Shown here: in pieces, positions 17,913 to 28,643 of the stretch
Layout of the letters: every line of letters begins with the position of its first letter
How positions within the stretch are numbered: the stretch's first letter is position 1
NCBI GenBank assembly: GCA_038883775.1
Contig: JAVZLM010000004.1
Coordinates: forward strand, 32,001 to 96,000
Origin: Candidatus Bathyarchaeia archaeon
GTDB taxonomy: Archaea; Thermoproteota; Bathyarchaeia; Bathyarchaeales; Bathycorpusculaceae
Direction of reading: 5' to 3'
Length of the DNA stretch: 64,000 nt
Program-made: the position numbers and the translations under genes
The notes under the pieces: generated by a model
The model's input: only the letters and a program-made list of their open reading frames with translations
Database searches by the model: none
What the model was told of the DNA's origin: nothing

Positions 17913-18893
17913 TTATCTGTATTTAACTCTGGGATCTAGGAACGTGTAGATTATATCTGTTATGAAGCTAGCCGTGGTCACCCCTATAGCCATAATTAGG
18001 TAGATCCCCATCAAGAGGGGATAATCTCTGTAGTTGGCTGCATTGAGCATTAGCCTTCCAATGCCAGGCCATGCGAAAACTGTTTCAGTTAATGCGGCGC
18101 CCGTTAGCACAAAGCCGAGTGATATTCCGAATATAGTTACTGGTGGTAACAGGGCGTTTCGTAGGATATACTTTCTAAATATTTTATTTTTAGGTAATCC
18201 ATAAGATTGAAATGTTGACACATACTCTTCATTAGACTGCTCCAAGACGCTTGACCTTGTAACTTTATAGAAAACTGGCGCATACGCACCAATGGCTAAA
18301 ACGGATGCTGGAAGAATTAAATGGTATAAAACGTCTAACCAATATCTTATACCCGTATAGCTACCTCTTGGATCCAGCATTCCAGCCACTGGAAATATTC
18401 GAAGGTGAACCGAGAATATTAAAATCATTATTATAGCAAACCAGAAAACCGGCATAGAATACAGTAGCAAGGCTGAAAATGAGAGTCCCGTATCTATTCG
18501 TGATGGGAATTTTCTTGCCGAGAAAGCTCCTAGAAGAACGCCTACCACGAAACCTATGGGTAGACTGGTTAGCGTAAGAAGTAGTGTTGGAATCATTCTC
18601 TCCATTATTAACTCAATGACAGGCGCTGTAAATCTGTATGAATAGCCAAAATCTCCCTGAATCAGATGGGACATATAAATAATGAACCGTTCATAAATTG
18701 GTTTGTCCAATCCCCATCTTTTTGTCATGGCCTCCAGATACTCTGGATCTGATACTGCGTATTCTCCAGCCATATATCTTACTGGGTTGCCTGGAGCTAA
18801 ATTTATAATGAAAAAGTTTAATGATAAAACGAATATTATCGTTATAACCATTTGAATCAGACGTCTTACGATATAACGAGTCGTTCCGCCCAT
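17913..18893 (-). CDS. dppB: Peptide ABC transporter permease (DppB)
   Basis: APGNP, GLDKP, GDFGYS, LRNALLP, ETVFAWPGIG, RDYP, DPRV. Confidence 0.92.
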   Translation of the reverse strand: MGGTTRYIVRRLIQMVITIIFVLSLNFFIINLAPGNPVRYMAGEYAVSDPEYLEAMTKRWGLDKPIYERFIIYMSHLIQGDFGYSYRFTAPVIELIMERMIPTLLLTLTSLPIGFVVGVLLGAFSARKFPSRIDTGLSFSALLLYSMPVFWFAIIMILIFSVHLRIFPVAGMLDPRGSYTGIRYWLDVLYHLILPASVLAIGAYAPVFYKVTRSSVLEQSNEEYVSTFQSYGLPKNKIFRKYILRNALLPPVTIFGISLGFVLTGAALTETVFAWPGIGRLMLNAANYRDYPLLMGIYLIMAIGVTTASFITDIIYTFLDPRVKYR

Positions 18894-18928
18894 TTTAATT
18901 TCCCTTACAAAAATAAAAAAGGGATAAT

Positions 18929-20872
18929 TTAAGTTTTCTTCTTTTTTGTGTAATAGATTCCTATCGCAAGCACTACGATTACGATTATAACAATTGCCGC
19001 TACTATCAATTCAATGGGATACGCTGGCGGTGGGGTTGGTGGAGGAGGTTGTTCCGGTGTTGTTGCACTTTCGGCTGCTGCTATAGCTTGTTGACATAGG
19101 GTTGCTGCAGCTTCGTAGTCTCCTTCTTCAAAAGCGTCAAGTGCTTGTTGATAAAGTGTCCTAGCTTGGTCGAGGCCTACTGATCTATTTTCAGCTTCAG
19201 CTTCAGCTATTGCAGCTTCTACATCATCAAAAGTTGTAGTTGAGAATCCTTGTTCCCACCATGTGTATTGGTAAGAACCGATGCCGACTGTTCTGGACCA
19301 TGGCCTTTCAAACCATAAGTCATGGAAATATGTGTGCCAAATTCCGAAGCCTGTTACTTCAAGTATCCATATATATGGAAGATCCCTTGCCACTATACTT
19401 TGTATTCTATAGTATATTTCTTTCCTAGCTTCTAAGTCTGTTTCTTGGAGACCTTGATCAAAAAGCTGGTCAACTTCCGTGTTATTGTAGCCTGCAAAGT
19501 TAATGTATTCCTTGCTTCCCACTCGCAATATGAAGTTGGCTGGATCTGGACCTTGGAAACCGTCACAGAGCGCTATGTCATAGTCGCGTTGTTTAACTAC
19601 TTTTTCCTCCCAGATGTTAAACTCAGACACTCTTAAAGTAACTTCAATTCCAACTCTTGCCAACTGATCCCTTATCACTTCGCCTATAGACTCCTCTTCG
19701 GGGCCAGTCCAACAGTCATATGTTATAGTAAACCTTATACCAGTAACTGGATCTTTAGGATAGCCAGCCTCGTCCAGCAGTCTTTCGGCCTCTGTAATGT
19801 TGTACTCTGGCAGTGTTGCACTTTCATTTATTGCCCAAGCCACCGCAGGCGTGTAATGATATTTCGCTGGAATATTCCAACCTTTACAGGCTACTTCGTT
19901 TATTTCAGTTCTGTTTATGGCGTATGCCAAAGCAAATCTCACACGAACATCTTGGAATAAAGTTCTGTTAAGGTTCATTCCTATATACCATCTGCTCGCA
20001 GTTGGATAGCTTCGAACCCTTGTATCTACAGTTGCGTTAATCAAAGGTATTAACGAAAGCTCAGGTCTTTGTGTTAATATGTCTCCTTCTCGAGCTTGGA
20101 AAGCTTGAAGGGCCACGGATGCGTCTGGAATTATTTTGAAAACTACTTTGCTCACGTAAGGTCTTCCCTTATGGTAATCATAGAATGGTTCCAGCGTTAT
20201 ATGTTCTCCTCTCATCCATTCCACTAACTTGAATGGACCGCTTCCTATGGGCTGAGTTAAATATGGAATACTTGCATCAAGCCAATTTCCTACCACACTC
20301 CAGTCTCCGTTAGGGTTGCAAATTGGTTCCCATATGTGCGCGGGCATGATCCATGTGCCATACCAGGACACCATTGTTAGGAAAGGCGCATATCCAGTTT
20401 TTAGGTGAAAGACAACAGTATGGTTATCCGGACACTCTATGCTTTCAATGTTACTAGCTTTTATTCGACCATAAGATACTCCTTTCGAATAATTAATGGC
20501 TTCGAAGGTGAACTTGACATCATGGCTTGTTACTGGAACACCATCATGCCACGTGGCATTAGGATACAAATAGAATGTCCAATTTTTAGCATCAGGTGAG
20601 GCCTCCCAAGCGTAAGCTAGGTCTGGAACCACGTCGTATTCCCTTGTTAGCACAAATAACTGATTGTAAATATTTCTAAAGATAGCTGCACCTGCATCAT
20701 CAACTTGCGCATTGGGGTTCATGCTTTTAGGATCTTCCCAGTGAATTACCACAAGGATACCGCCATATCTAGGTCCTTCTACAGTAGATTCAGCAAAAAT
20801 CGCCGTATAATTCAGAGTTGACAATAGGCAAACTAGTACAAGCGAAAAAAGGCTTCTTACTTTCTTATTCAT
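18929..20872 (-). CDS. dppA: Peptide ABC transporter substrate-binding protein with C-terminal membrane anchor
   Basis: PDLA..W, WHDGVPVTSHDVKFT, PIGSGPFK; helical domain, Pro linker, TM segment and KKKT tail. Confidence 0.92.
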   Translation of the reverse strand: MNKKVRSLFSLVLVCLLSTLNYTAIFAESTVEGPRYGGILVVIHWEDPKSMNPNAQVDDAGAAIFRNIYNQLFVLTREYDVVPDLAYAWEASPDAKNWTFYLYPNATWHDGVPVTSHDVKFTFEAINYSKGVSYGRIKASNIESIECPDNHTVVFHLKTGYAPFLTMVSWYGTWIMPAHIWEPICNPNGDWSVVGNWLDASIPYLTQPIGSGPFKLVEWMRGEHITLEPFYDYHKGRPYVSKVVFKIIPDASVALQAFQAREGDILTQRPELSLIPLINATVDTRVRSYPTASRWYIGMNLNRTLFQDVRVRFALAYAINRTEINEVACKGWNIPAKYHYTPAVAWAINESATLPEYNITEAERLLDEAGYPKDPVTGIRFTITYDCWTGPEEESIGEVIRDQLARVGIEVTLRVSEFNIWEEKVVKQRDYDIALCDGFQGPDPANFILRVGSKEYINFAGYNNTEVDQLFDQGLQETDLEARKEIYYRIQSIVARDLPYIWILEVTGFGIWHTYFHDLWFERPWSRTVGIGSYQYTWWEQGFSTTTFDDVEAAIAEAEAENRSVGLDQARTLYQQALDAFEEGDYEAAATLCQQAIAAAESATTPEQPPPPTPPPAYPIELIVAAIVIIVIVVLAIGIYYTKKKKT

Positions 20873-21118
20873 ATTGATATTCTCCTGAAACCATTTTTTA
20901 ATAGTTATTTGAGAATTTAAATTTTATTCCCTTTATTATCAAATTAAACTGCTTAAACAGAAAAATGCATTTTAAAATTTGAAAAAGATTCTTTATCTAT
21001 AACAAAAACATAGAAGAGAGAGTCTATGCTGATTTGATTTCACACAAAATTTGATGCGATTTGTTTATGTTTAACTAATCACGCTAATATTCAGAGCCAA
21101 AAGTAAAGGTGAAAATAA

Positions 21119-22186
21119 TTGCAAACTAATAAGGGTAACATAACCATGTTGCATGGCGCCGGCGGAACCGTCATGCATGAGCTTGTTAAGAATTATATAG
21201 TTAAGTATTTTGGCGGTTTTGGCAATGCCGAGGTTCCATTAGAAGCTTTAGATGATGCAGCAGTTGTAGGCGCTATAGTGCTTAAAAGCGATTCCCACGC
21301 CGTAAAACCTATCTTTTTCCCAGGCGGAGACATTGGACGCTTGGCAGTTTCTGGCACAGTCAACGACATTGCGGTTTTAGGCGCCGAACCCTACGCTTTA
21401 ACCTGCGGCTTTGTTTTGGAAGAAGGCTTAGCCATATCTAATTTTGAAAAAATTTTGGCTAGCATGCAAAAAACATGTCGTGAAGCAGCCGTGAGCATTG
21501 TTACTGGCGATACGAAAGTTGTGGAGAAGGGGAGCCTAGGCGGCTGCATAATAAACACTTCTGGGATCGGCAGAAGAACCCAAGCCCTAGAAGAAAATTT
21601 TAAGATTGTTAAAAAGTTTAGAAGGGATTTTAGTGCTCGTTGGGTTTTGGATTCAAACCTTAAAGAAGGCGACAAAATCATATTGTCTGGAACAGTGGGC
21701 GATCATGGCTTAGCAGTTTTATCAGCCCAAGAAGGACTAAGCTTCGGAAGCAGCATAAAATCTGACGTCAAACCCCTAAATCGCTTAATTCAACGCTTAT
21801 TGGGCGAAGTTGGCGGCATAGTCGCCATGAAAGATCCAACAAGGGGCGGCTTAGCTGACGCCTTAAACGAGTTCAGCGAAAAATCCAACATTGGCATACT
21901 AATCCATGAAGAAAAAATTCCAATAAGGGAAAATGTGCGAGCAGCATGCGAAATGTTGGGATTAGACCCCTTAGAAGTTGGAAACGAAGGCAAAGTAATC
22001 ATCGGAGTTGTGAAGGAAAAAACTGAAGAAATTTTGGAAATGTTAAGGACTACAAAGGAAGGGAAAGAAGCAGAAATCATAGGCGAAACAACAAAAGGTT
22101 TCAAAGGCGTTGCCATGCAAACCGTTGTCGGCGGAAAAAGAATAATAGCCAGACCCATAGGAGATCCCGTTCCAAGGATATGTTAA
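21119..22186 (+). CDS. hypE: Hydrogenase maturation protein HypE
   Basis: HGAGG, FFPGGDIG, GDTKVV, DPTRGG, C-terminal PRIC. Confidence 0.95.
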   Translation: MQTNKGNITMLHGAGGTVMHELVKNYIVKYFGGFGNAEVPLEALDDAAVVGAIVLKSDSHAVKPIFFPGGDIGRLAVSGTVNDIAVLGAEPYALTCGFVLEEGLAISNFEKILASMQKTCREAAVSIVTGDTKVVEKGSLGGCIINTSGIGRRTQALEENFKIVKKFRRDFSARWVLDSNLKEGDKIILSGTVGDHGLAVLSAQEGLSFGSSIKSDVKPLNRLIQRLLGEVGGIVAMKDPTRGGLADALNEFSEKSNIGILIHEEKIPIRENVRAACEMLGLDPLEVGNEGKVIIGVVKEKTEEILEMLRTTKEGKEAEIIGETTKGFKGVAMQTVVGGKRIIARPIGDPVPRIC

Positions 22187-22284
22187 CTATCATGAAATCA
22201 TACAATTTTTAATCAAATTTTACAAAACGAGAATGTATAGTTTTGTTTCTGAATAAGCTCTAGAAAAATAAAGAAAGTGAAGGA

Positions 22285-22824
22285 TCATGGTGGAGGCGGA
22301 GGAGGTTGAGAAGGCGGTGGAGGTACGGCAGATATCTTTATTGAGAAGAACGCTACGGCAACAAGTATCCAAGCTACAAGCATCAATATTGCGCCGATAA
22401 TTATTATGGTTAAAATGGCGCCTATGAGTAGCAGTAATCCAGCAGTATCAAACATTTTCTCTCCGGACTTCATGGAAAGAATGTTAAAAGATTTCTTAAA
22501 GAATATAGCGCCAAGTAAATAGAAGATGAACATGAGGACCACAGCGAAAATCACGCCTCCAATAAATGCGAGGGGATCTGCAAACATACCGCCGAAGAAA
22601 GCGCCCACTAAAACAAAAGCAGCTGCTACAACTGCTATTATATAAAAGATGATCCCATAAAGTGCATTTTGGAATATAGCGTTTTCTTTGTAGTATTCAG
22701 CTAGGCCCTTAAGGGCTATCATCACTAGTATTATGCCGATAATGCCTATTATTGGAACTATAGCTCCTATTGCAACTAGTAGCGCGCCTATGCCGCCTAA
22801 TGTTTTGTTTGATTCTAAGCTCAT
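22285..22824 (-). CDS. DUF996-like archaeal membrane protein
   Basis: MSLESNKTLGGIGALL..., several TM segments, IFQNALY, poly-Pro tail. Confidence 0.75.
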   Translation of the reverse strand: MSLESNKTLGGIGALLVAIGAIVPIIGIIGIILVMIALKGLAEYYKENAIFQNALYGIIFYIIAVVAAAFVLVGAFFGGMFADPLAFIGGVIFAVVLMFIFYLLGAIFFKKSFNILSMKSGEKMFDTAGLLLLIGAILTIIIIGAILMLVAWILVAVAFFSIKISAVPPPPSQPPPPPP

Positions 22825-22901
22825 TTATAAAACCTCGGTGAGTGGTTTGCGTCTTTTAAATAAAAGCTTTTCTATAAATTCAAATTAAGGCAATTTTCGC
22901 A

Positions 22902-23048
22902 TCATCTTCTCTGAAGATAATTGTAGAGTTCTCTTGCATAATTTGCAAGGCTTTCAACACGTTTACTCAACTCTTCAACCCTCACTTCAAGCTTAACAAT
23001 TCTCTCTCGAAGCTCCAAAAGTTCCTTCTTTAATTCCTCTTCAGGCAT
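22902..23048 (-). CDS. 48-aa coiled-coil protein, missing from ORF track
   Basis: MPEEELKKELLELRERIVKLEVRVEELSKRVESLANYARELYNYLQRR; heptad Leu/Val pattern; GGTG RBS; directly downstream of hypD. Confidence 0.7.
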   Translation of the reverse strand: MPEEELKKELLELRERIVKLEVRVEELSKRVESLANYARELYNYLQRR

Positions 23049-23075
23049 AAGCACCAAATCCAATTGTTATTTATT

Positions 23076-24164
23076 TTATCTTGTTATATTTATCGCCTTC
23101 GCCCATATGCGGCATGTTCCTTCTATGCTAACCATGCAAGCGCCAACTGGCTTTTGTGGCGTGCACGCCTTCATGAAAAGTGGGCATTCTGTTGGTTTTA
23201 TTTTCCCGATGATGACGAGGTGGCATTTGCAGCCATGTTGTATGTCAACGCCGCTTTCAACTTTAACATCATATTTTAAATGAGCATCGTATGCCGCATA
23301 CTCCTCATTCATGGCAAGTTTGGAGGAGGGAATTGTTCCTATTCCACGCCAGTTGCCATCCGCAACACTGAAAACTTTCTGCATAATTTTTTGCGCTTTC
23401 GTGTTGCCTTCCCAACGTACAGCCCGAGTATACTCGTTTTCCAGGCGTGGTTTGCCTTCGCTTACCTGTTTCAGAATCATGTAAATGCCAAATAATACGT
23501 CTATTGGTTCGAAACCAGCCACAACAGTTGGCATGCCATAATTTTTTGGAAAAATTTTGTAAGGCTTAAGCCCAATAATTGTGCTGACATGCCCAGGGGC
23601 TATGAAACCGTTTAGGCTTAAGTCTTTCTTTTCAACGAGCACTTTCATTGCTGGAGGAATCAAACGATGCGAAACCAAGAAGCTAAGATTTTCGGGCGGC
23701 TTTTTCAGAATCTCCACCGCTGTGGAAGGCGCGGTTGTTTCAAAGCCAATGGCGAAAAAGGCAAATTCTTTATGCGGTTCTTTCTCAGCCATTTTGACAG
23801 CATCGCTAACGCTGTAGACTATCCTGACAGCGGCGCCTTCAGCTTTAGCGTCTAAAAGCGACATTTTCGAGCCTGGAACCCGCAGAACATCACCAAAACA
23901 TGTTATAATAACGCCTTTTAGGGCTAAACGTATTGCTTCGTCAACTTCTGATGCTGGTGTTACGCAAACTGGACAGCCTGGTCCAGCGATAACTTCAACA
24001 TTTTTGGGTAGGAGGCTACGGATGCCATAATGCGTGATAGTCCATTCGTGGGTGCCGCAGACATGACAAATCTTTATTTGAGCTTCTTTTGGTGTGGTTT
24101 CATGGATTTTTTCTGCTATGCGCTTCGCCAATTTTGGGTCTCTAAACCTTAACTTTTCAGCCAT
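23076..24164 (-). CDS. hypD: Hydrogenase maturation protein HypD
   Basis: CGTH, GPGCPVC, GFETT, APGHVS, GACMVSIEGTC. Confidence 0.96.
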   Translation of the reverse strand: MAEKLRFRDPKLAKRIAEKIHETTPKEAQIKICHVCGTHEWTITHYGIRSLLPKNVEVIAGPGCPVCVTPASEVDEAIRLALKGVIITCFGDVLRVPGSKMSLLDAKAEGAAVRIVYSVSDAVKMAEKEPHKEFAFFAIGFETTAPSTAVEILKKPPENLSFLVSHRLIPPAMKVLVEKKDLSLNGFIAPGHVSTIIGLKPYKIFPKNYGMPTVVAGFEPIDVLFGIYMILKQVSEGKPRLENEYTRAVRWEGNTKAQKIMQKVFSVADGNWRGIGTIPSSKLAMNEEYAAYDAHLKYDVKVESGVDIQHGCKCHLVIIGKIKPTECPLFMKACTPQKPVGACMVSIEGTCRIWAKAINITR

Positions 24165-24174
24165 ATCCCTTCAA

Positions 24175-24408
24175 CTACTGTTTAGCTTCAGTTTCTGCTT
24201 GGAGGATTTCATTCCATACGCTTATTGTTTCCAAAGCCTCTTTCTCGCTTAATACTTGAATTGCGTAACCAGCATGAACAAGAACATAATCGCCAACTTT
24301 GGCATCCACAAGCGTTACATTAACTTCTCTTAAAACACCCTCGCCGAAATCTACTTGGGCTTTATCTTCTTTGATGTTTATGACTTTTGCTGGGATAGCC
24401 AAACACAT
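24175..24408 (-). CDS. hypC: Hydrogenase chaperone HypC
   Basis: MCLAIPAKV...GDYVLVHAGYAI. Confidence 0.96.
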   Translation of the reverse strand: MCLAIPAKVINIKEDKAQVDFGEGVLREVNVTLVDAKVGDYVLVHAGYAIQVLSEKEALETISVWNEILQAETEAKQ

Positions 24409-24456
24409 CTTTATCACTAAACCCGAAAGATTAACAAAAATAAATTGGTTATGGTT

Positions 24457-26748
24457 TCAAAGGAAAAATCCGCCAAAAACCGCTTGACCAAAAGACACGC
24501 CTCCATCACCAGGCGGAACAGCCTTATGAACCACAAAACGTAAGCCAGCCCCTTCCACAATTTTTCGCATAACCAAAGACATAATTTGATTACAAGCAAC
24601 TCCACCAGAAAAACCAATGGTCTTAATGCCATTTTCTAAAGCTTTTTCTATGGCTAATGCAGCCAAGCCTTTAGCTAAATATGCATGGGCTGAATAGGTC
24701 AAATCCGCCTTAGATTGCTTTTCTCTGTTCAAGAATATTTCGTATAACATTTGCGTGGTATCCAACACTTCACCTTTTATTACTGGTTGCATTTTCAGCG
24801 CATCATTACCTTTTATGGCGGCGGATTCAAGCTTCATGGCTGGTTCACCCTCATAAGTGCGTTCATAACATATTCCCAAAACCGCCGCCACAGCATCCAA
24901 AACTCTTCCACAACTCGTCGTTTCAATAATATTACGGCTTTTTTTAAGCTGTTGGAGAATTAATTGAATTTCACTTTCTCCGTGTGGAAAGTGCTGCTTG
25001 TTTTGCCAAAGCCAATTTTCCACATTCACGATCTTGTGAAGTATTCCAACCGCCATTCTAAGCGGATAACGGGTTGCCAAATCTCCACCAAGTAAAGGCT
25101 GCCTTTGAAGGTGAGCAACTCTTTTGAAAATTGCGCTTTCTCTCGTGCCGAGTATTATTTCGCCACCCCATGCTTCGCCGTCAATGCCGTATCCATATCC
25201 GTCGCAGCATATGCCAACAATTTCGTTTAGGTTATGTTCAGCCATCAAAGCTGCAACATGCGCATAATGATGTTGAACTTGGATTAGTTGCCAGCCATTT
25301 TCTTGAGCTAATTCTTGGGCTAGTTTTGTTGTTGTGAATTTTGGATGCAAATCGCATGCTACGGCTTCTACTTTGCTGTTCGTTAAGCGAATTAGGTGGC
25401 GGGTAGCGTTTTCCAAAAAATCCCTTGTTTCAACATTTTCCACATCGCCAATATGCTGAGAAATGAACGCCTTATTATCAAGCAAAACACAAGCAGTATT
25501 ATTCAATTCCCCGCCCAAACCAACAACACAACGCTTCGCCCTTTCTTTAAGAATTATGGGTGCTGGAGCATAACCACGAGAACGCCTAATAAAAACTAAA
25601 CTTTTACCGTGCATGCGCACAACAGAGTCGTCACATCGGTGGGCTATTTGGCGATTGTGAAAAAGAAAATAATCAACGGTATCGCCCAACCTTTGCAAGG
25701 CTTCATCATTATCCTTTATTATTGGCTGGTTAGGCGGATTAGCGCTTGTCATGACAAAAGCTGGCTCATACACCCCATCAAAGAGCATGTAATGCAAGCC
25801 CGTGTATGGCAACATAACGCCAACATTATGCAAACCTGGAGCAATCAAATCTGAAAGATAATAATTCTCATTTTTGTTGAGCAAAACAATTGGGCGAGTA
25901 TAAGAAGTTAAAAGTTTTTCTTCATTTTCGCTTACTTCTGCAAAAGTTTTAATGGCTTCCAAACTTTTCGCCATAATGGCAAAGGGCTTCTGGCTTCTAT
26001 GCTTAACCCTTCTAAGCCTAATAAGAGGCGCATCCTTCAATGTGGAGGTTGCAACATGAAAACCGCCATACCCTTTTATGGCAACTATAAAACCTTCTGA
26101 AAGAAGCTTACCAGCCTCTCTAATCGGGTCTTTACACTTTAAGAGTTGACCATCATTGTTTGTAAGATATGCTTTTGGTCCACACTTCGAACACGCAACA
26201 GTTTGAGCATGAAAGCGCCTATTCAACGGATTCGTATATTCGCCATGGCAAAATGGGCACATGGTGAAATCGCGCATTGTCGTGTTTTCACGGTCATAGG
26301 GCAAAGCTTCAATAATCGTGTATCTTGGACCACAATCAGTACACGTTATAAAAAAATAGTCGTGCCGCGGGTCTTTTGGGTTTTTAAGCTCTTTTAGGCA
26401 ATTGTCACAGATGGCTATGTCTGGCGGAATAACAGAACCAGAAAGCTCCATCTCTTCAGAGCTCTTGTAAATTGTGAACGTATTAAAAGTGTTTTTTCCA
26501 CCCAACTTTTTTACAAGAATTTGGTGAATTTGCGCCAGAGGAGGCTTATTTTCCTTTAAATCCTTTAAAAAATGTTTTATTTGACTTTCTTCTCCTTCCA
26601 AAAGGATTTCTACACCAGCATCACCGCGGTTTCTAACGTAACCCTTTAAACCATTTTTTATGGCAGTGCGGTAAATGAAAGGACGAAATCCAACACCTTG
26701 AACTATGCCTGTGACGTTAACTTTGACTCGCAATTGGGCATCTCTCAT
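24457..26748 (-). CDS. hypF: Carbamoyltransferase HypF
   Basis: GIVQGVGFRPF, CTDCGPRY, RRFHAQ, KGYGGFH, QHHYAH, PPGDGG; exact start uncertain. Confidence 0.96.
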   Translation of the reverse strand: MRDAQLRVKVNVTGIVQGVGFRPFIYRTAIKNGLKGYVRNRGDAGVEILLEGEESQIKHFLKDLKENKPPLAQIHQILVKKLGGKNTFNTFTIYKSSEEMELSGSVIPPDIAICDNCLKELKNPKDPRHDYFFITCTDCGPRYTIIEALPYDRENTTMRDFTMCPFCHGEYTNPLNRRFHAQTVACSKCGPKAYLTNNDGQLLKCKDPIREAGKLLSEGFIVAIKGYGGFHVATSTLKDAPLIRLRRVKHRSQKPFAIMAKSLEAIKTFAEVSENEEKLLTSYTRPIVLLNKNENYYLSDLIAPGLHNVGVMLPYTGLHYMLFDGVYEPAFVMTSANPPNQPIIKDNDEALQRLGDTVDYFLFHNRQIAHRCDDSVVRMHGKSLVFIRRSRGYAPAPIILKERAKRCVVGLGGELNNTACVLLDNKAFISQHIGDVENVETRDFLENATRHLIRLTNSKVEAVACDLHPKFTTTKLAQELAQENGWQLIQVQHHYAHVAALMAEHNLNEIVGICCDGYGYGIDGEAWGGEIILGTRESAIFKRVAHLQRQPLLGGDLATRYPLRMAVGILHKIVNVENWLWQNKQHFPHGESEIQLILQQLKKSRNIIETTSCGRVLDAVAAVLGICYERTYEGEPAMKLESAAIKGNDALKMQPVIKGEVLDTTQMLYEIFLNREKQSKADLTYSAHAYLAKGLAALAIEKALENGIKTIGFSGGVACNQIMSLVMRKIVEGAGLRFVVHKAVPPGDGGVSFGQAVFGGFFL

Positions 26749-26838
26749 TTTAGGCATGTATTCTCTCATATATATGAAAATGCCTATGAAAACCGAATTA
26801 AACATGAAAAATAGCGTTTAATAAATGGAAATGGAGAT

Positions 26839-28578
26839 TTAGGCTTTTGCTTCTGCCTTTTTGCGTTCTTCTTCTTGGAGTACCCTTTTTAGGACTTTGC
26901 CAACCAGCGTCATGGGCAGTTCTTTGCGAAATTCTACTTCCCTTATCGCTTTGTAGGGCGCCACCTTCTCATTCACGAAATCCATGATTTCCTTTTCCGT
27001 AGCTGTCATTCCTTCTTTTAAAACAACAAAAGCCTTTGGAATTTCACCCGCCACTGGGTCTGGTTTGCCTATTACTGCGCAGAGTTTTACGGCTGGATGC
27101 TCATATAAGACGTCTTCCAATTCTCTTGGGTAGACGCTGTAGCCCTTGTATTTTATTAGGTCTTTTTTGCGGTCTGTTATGTAAAAGTAGCCATCCTCAT
27201 CCATTTTACCAATATCTCCAGTGTAAAGCCAACCATCCCTCAAAACCTGCGCTGTTTCTTCAGGCATTTTCCAATAACCCTTCATAACCTGCGGTCCCTT
27301 CACAACCAACTCGCCAATCTCACTGGGTGCAAGCTCCTTCTCGCCCGTTTCAGCATCCATTATTTTCGCATCCGTATCCGGCCAAGGAATGCCTATGGAA
27401 CCCACTTTTACGGTTTTCATTGTTTTGTCCAGTGGGTTGCAGTGAGTTACTGGCGAAGATTCGGTCAAGCCATAACCTTCTACCAAGACGCCGCCAGTTA
27501 CTTCCATGAATTTCTTCTGAATTTCCGGCGGAAGCGGCGCAGAACCAGATATGCAGAAACGCACAGAAGTGCAGTCGTATTTGCCCAAATCTGGATGAGC
27601 TAAAAGCATGGCGTACATGGTTGGTGCTCCACAGAAAACTGTAACCCTATACTTTTGTATTGCTTGGAAGGTGCTTACTGCATCAAAGCGTGGGAGCAAA
27701 ACAATTCTTCCGCCTATGTAGATGGGTGCATTCATGCCCGTTGTCATGCCGTAAATGTGGAATAGGGGTAGTACTGCCAAAAAGGTTTCTTCCCCTTCCA
27801 TCACGTCCTTAAGCCAAGCCTTACACATGACAGCGTTTGAAACCAAGTTCATATGGGTTAACATGGCGCCCTTAGACGTTCCAGTGGTTCCGCCAGTATA
27901 CTGCAGCGCCACCAAATCCTCTTTGGGGTTTATCTCCACCTTCGGCGGGTTTGGCGGATACTTATCCACAAGCTCCTTAAAGAAGTAAACGTTAGGTTTA
28001 CGTTCAATTTTTTGAGATGGAATCTTCTTCAACAAAGAACCCAGAAAGGCTGTGGCTCCAGGCATATACTCTTTCAAACTTGCCACAATTACCCTTTTCA
28101 ATTTTGTTTTCTGCCAAACCTTCTCCACGATGGAATAGAGGAGGTCTAAAACAACTATTGTTTCGGCTTCGGAATCGTTAAGTTGATGCTCCACTTCCCG
28201 CTCCTTATATAGCGGGCTTATGGCTGTTGCGATAGCTCCAGTTTTTATGGCACCATAATATGCCATTATAAATTGAGGAATGTTTGGCAAGTAAATAGCC
28301 ACTTTGTCGCCCTTTTTCACGCCGAAATCTGTGAGGGCTGTTGCAAACTTGTCCGTAATCGTATCTAACTCCTTATAACTGATTTTTCTGTCAAAATAGA
28401 CTATTGCAGTTTTTTCTGGATATTTCGCCGCCGTGTCTCTAAGAAACTGGAAAAGCGGAATTTCAGGATAATCTATATGTTTAGGAACCCCTTCAGGCCA
28501 AAACTTATACCAAGGTTTTTCGAGCGCTTCCTTCCTTTCAATTTTTTCTTCTTTCACCTTTCTTCTTCTGGGACACAT
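26839..28578 (-). CDS. fadD: Long-chain fatty-acid/acyl-CoA ligase (AMP-forming)
   Basis: QYTGGTTGTSKG, EGYGLTE, GWLYTGD, LPMTLVGK. Confidence 0.93.
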   Translation of the reverse strand: MCPRRRKVKEEKIERKEALEKPWYKFWPEGVPKHIDYPEIPLFQFLRDTAAKYPEKTAIVYFDRKISYKELDTITDKFATALTDFGVKKGDKVAIYLPNIPQFIMAYYGAIKTGAIATAISPLYKEREVEHQLNDSEAETIVVLDLLYSIVEKVWQKTKLKRVIVASLKEYMPGATAFLGSLLKKIPSQKIERKPNVYFFKELVDKYPPNPPKVEINPKEDLVALQYTGGTTGTSKGAMLTHMNLVSNAVMCKAWLKDVMEGEETFLAVLPLFHIYGMTTGMNAPIYIGGRIVLLPRFDAVSTFQAIQKYRVTVFCGAPTMYAMLLAHPDLGKYDCTSVRFCISGSAPLPPEIQKKFMEVTGGVLVEGYGLTESSPVTHCNPLDKTMKTVKVGSIGIPWPDTDAKIMDAETGEKELAPSEIGELVVKGPQVMKGYWKMPEETAQVLRDGWLYTGDIGKMDEDGYFYITDRKKDLIKYKGYSVYPRELEDVLYEHPAVKLCAVIGKPDPVAGEIPKAFVVLKEGMTATEKEIMDFVNEKVAPYKAIREVEFRKELPMTLVGKVLKRVLQEEERKKAEAKA

Positions 28579-28643
28579 TATACAACCCTAATCTTAAATA
28601 TTAGAGGCGATGGGGTAATAATACTTTCTACAATGGGGTTGCC

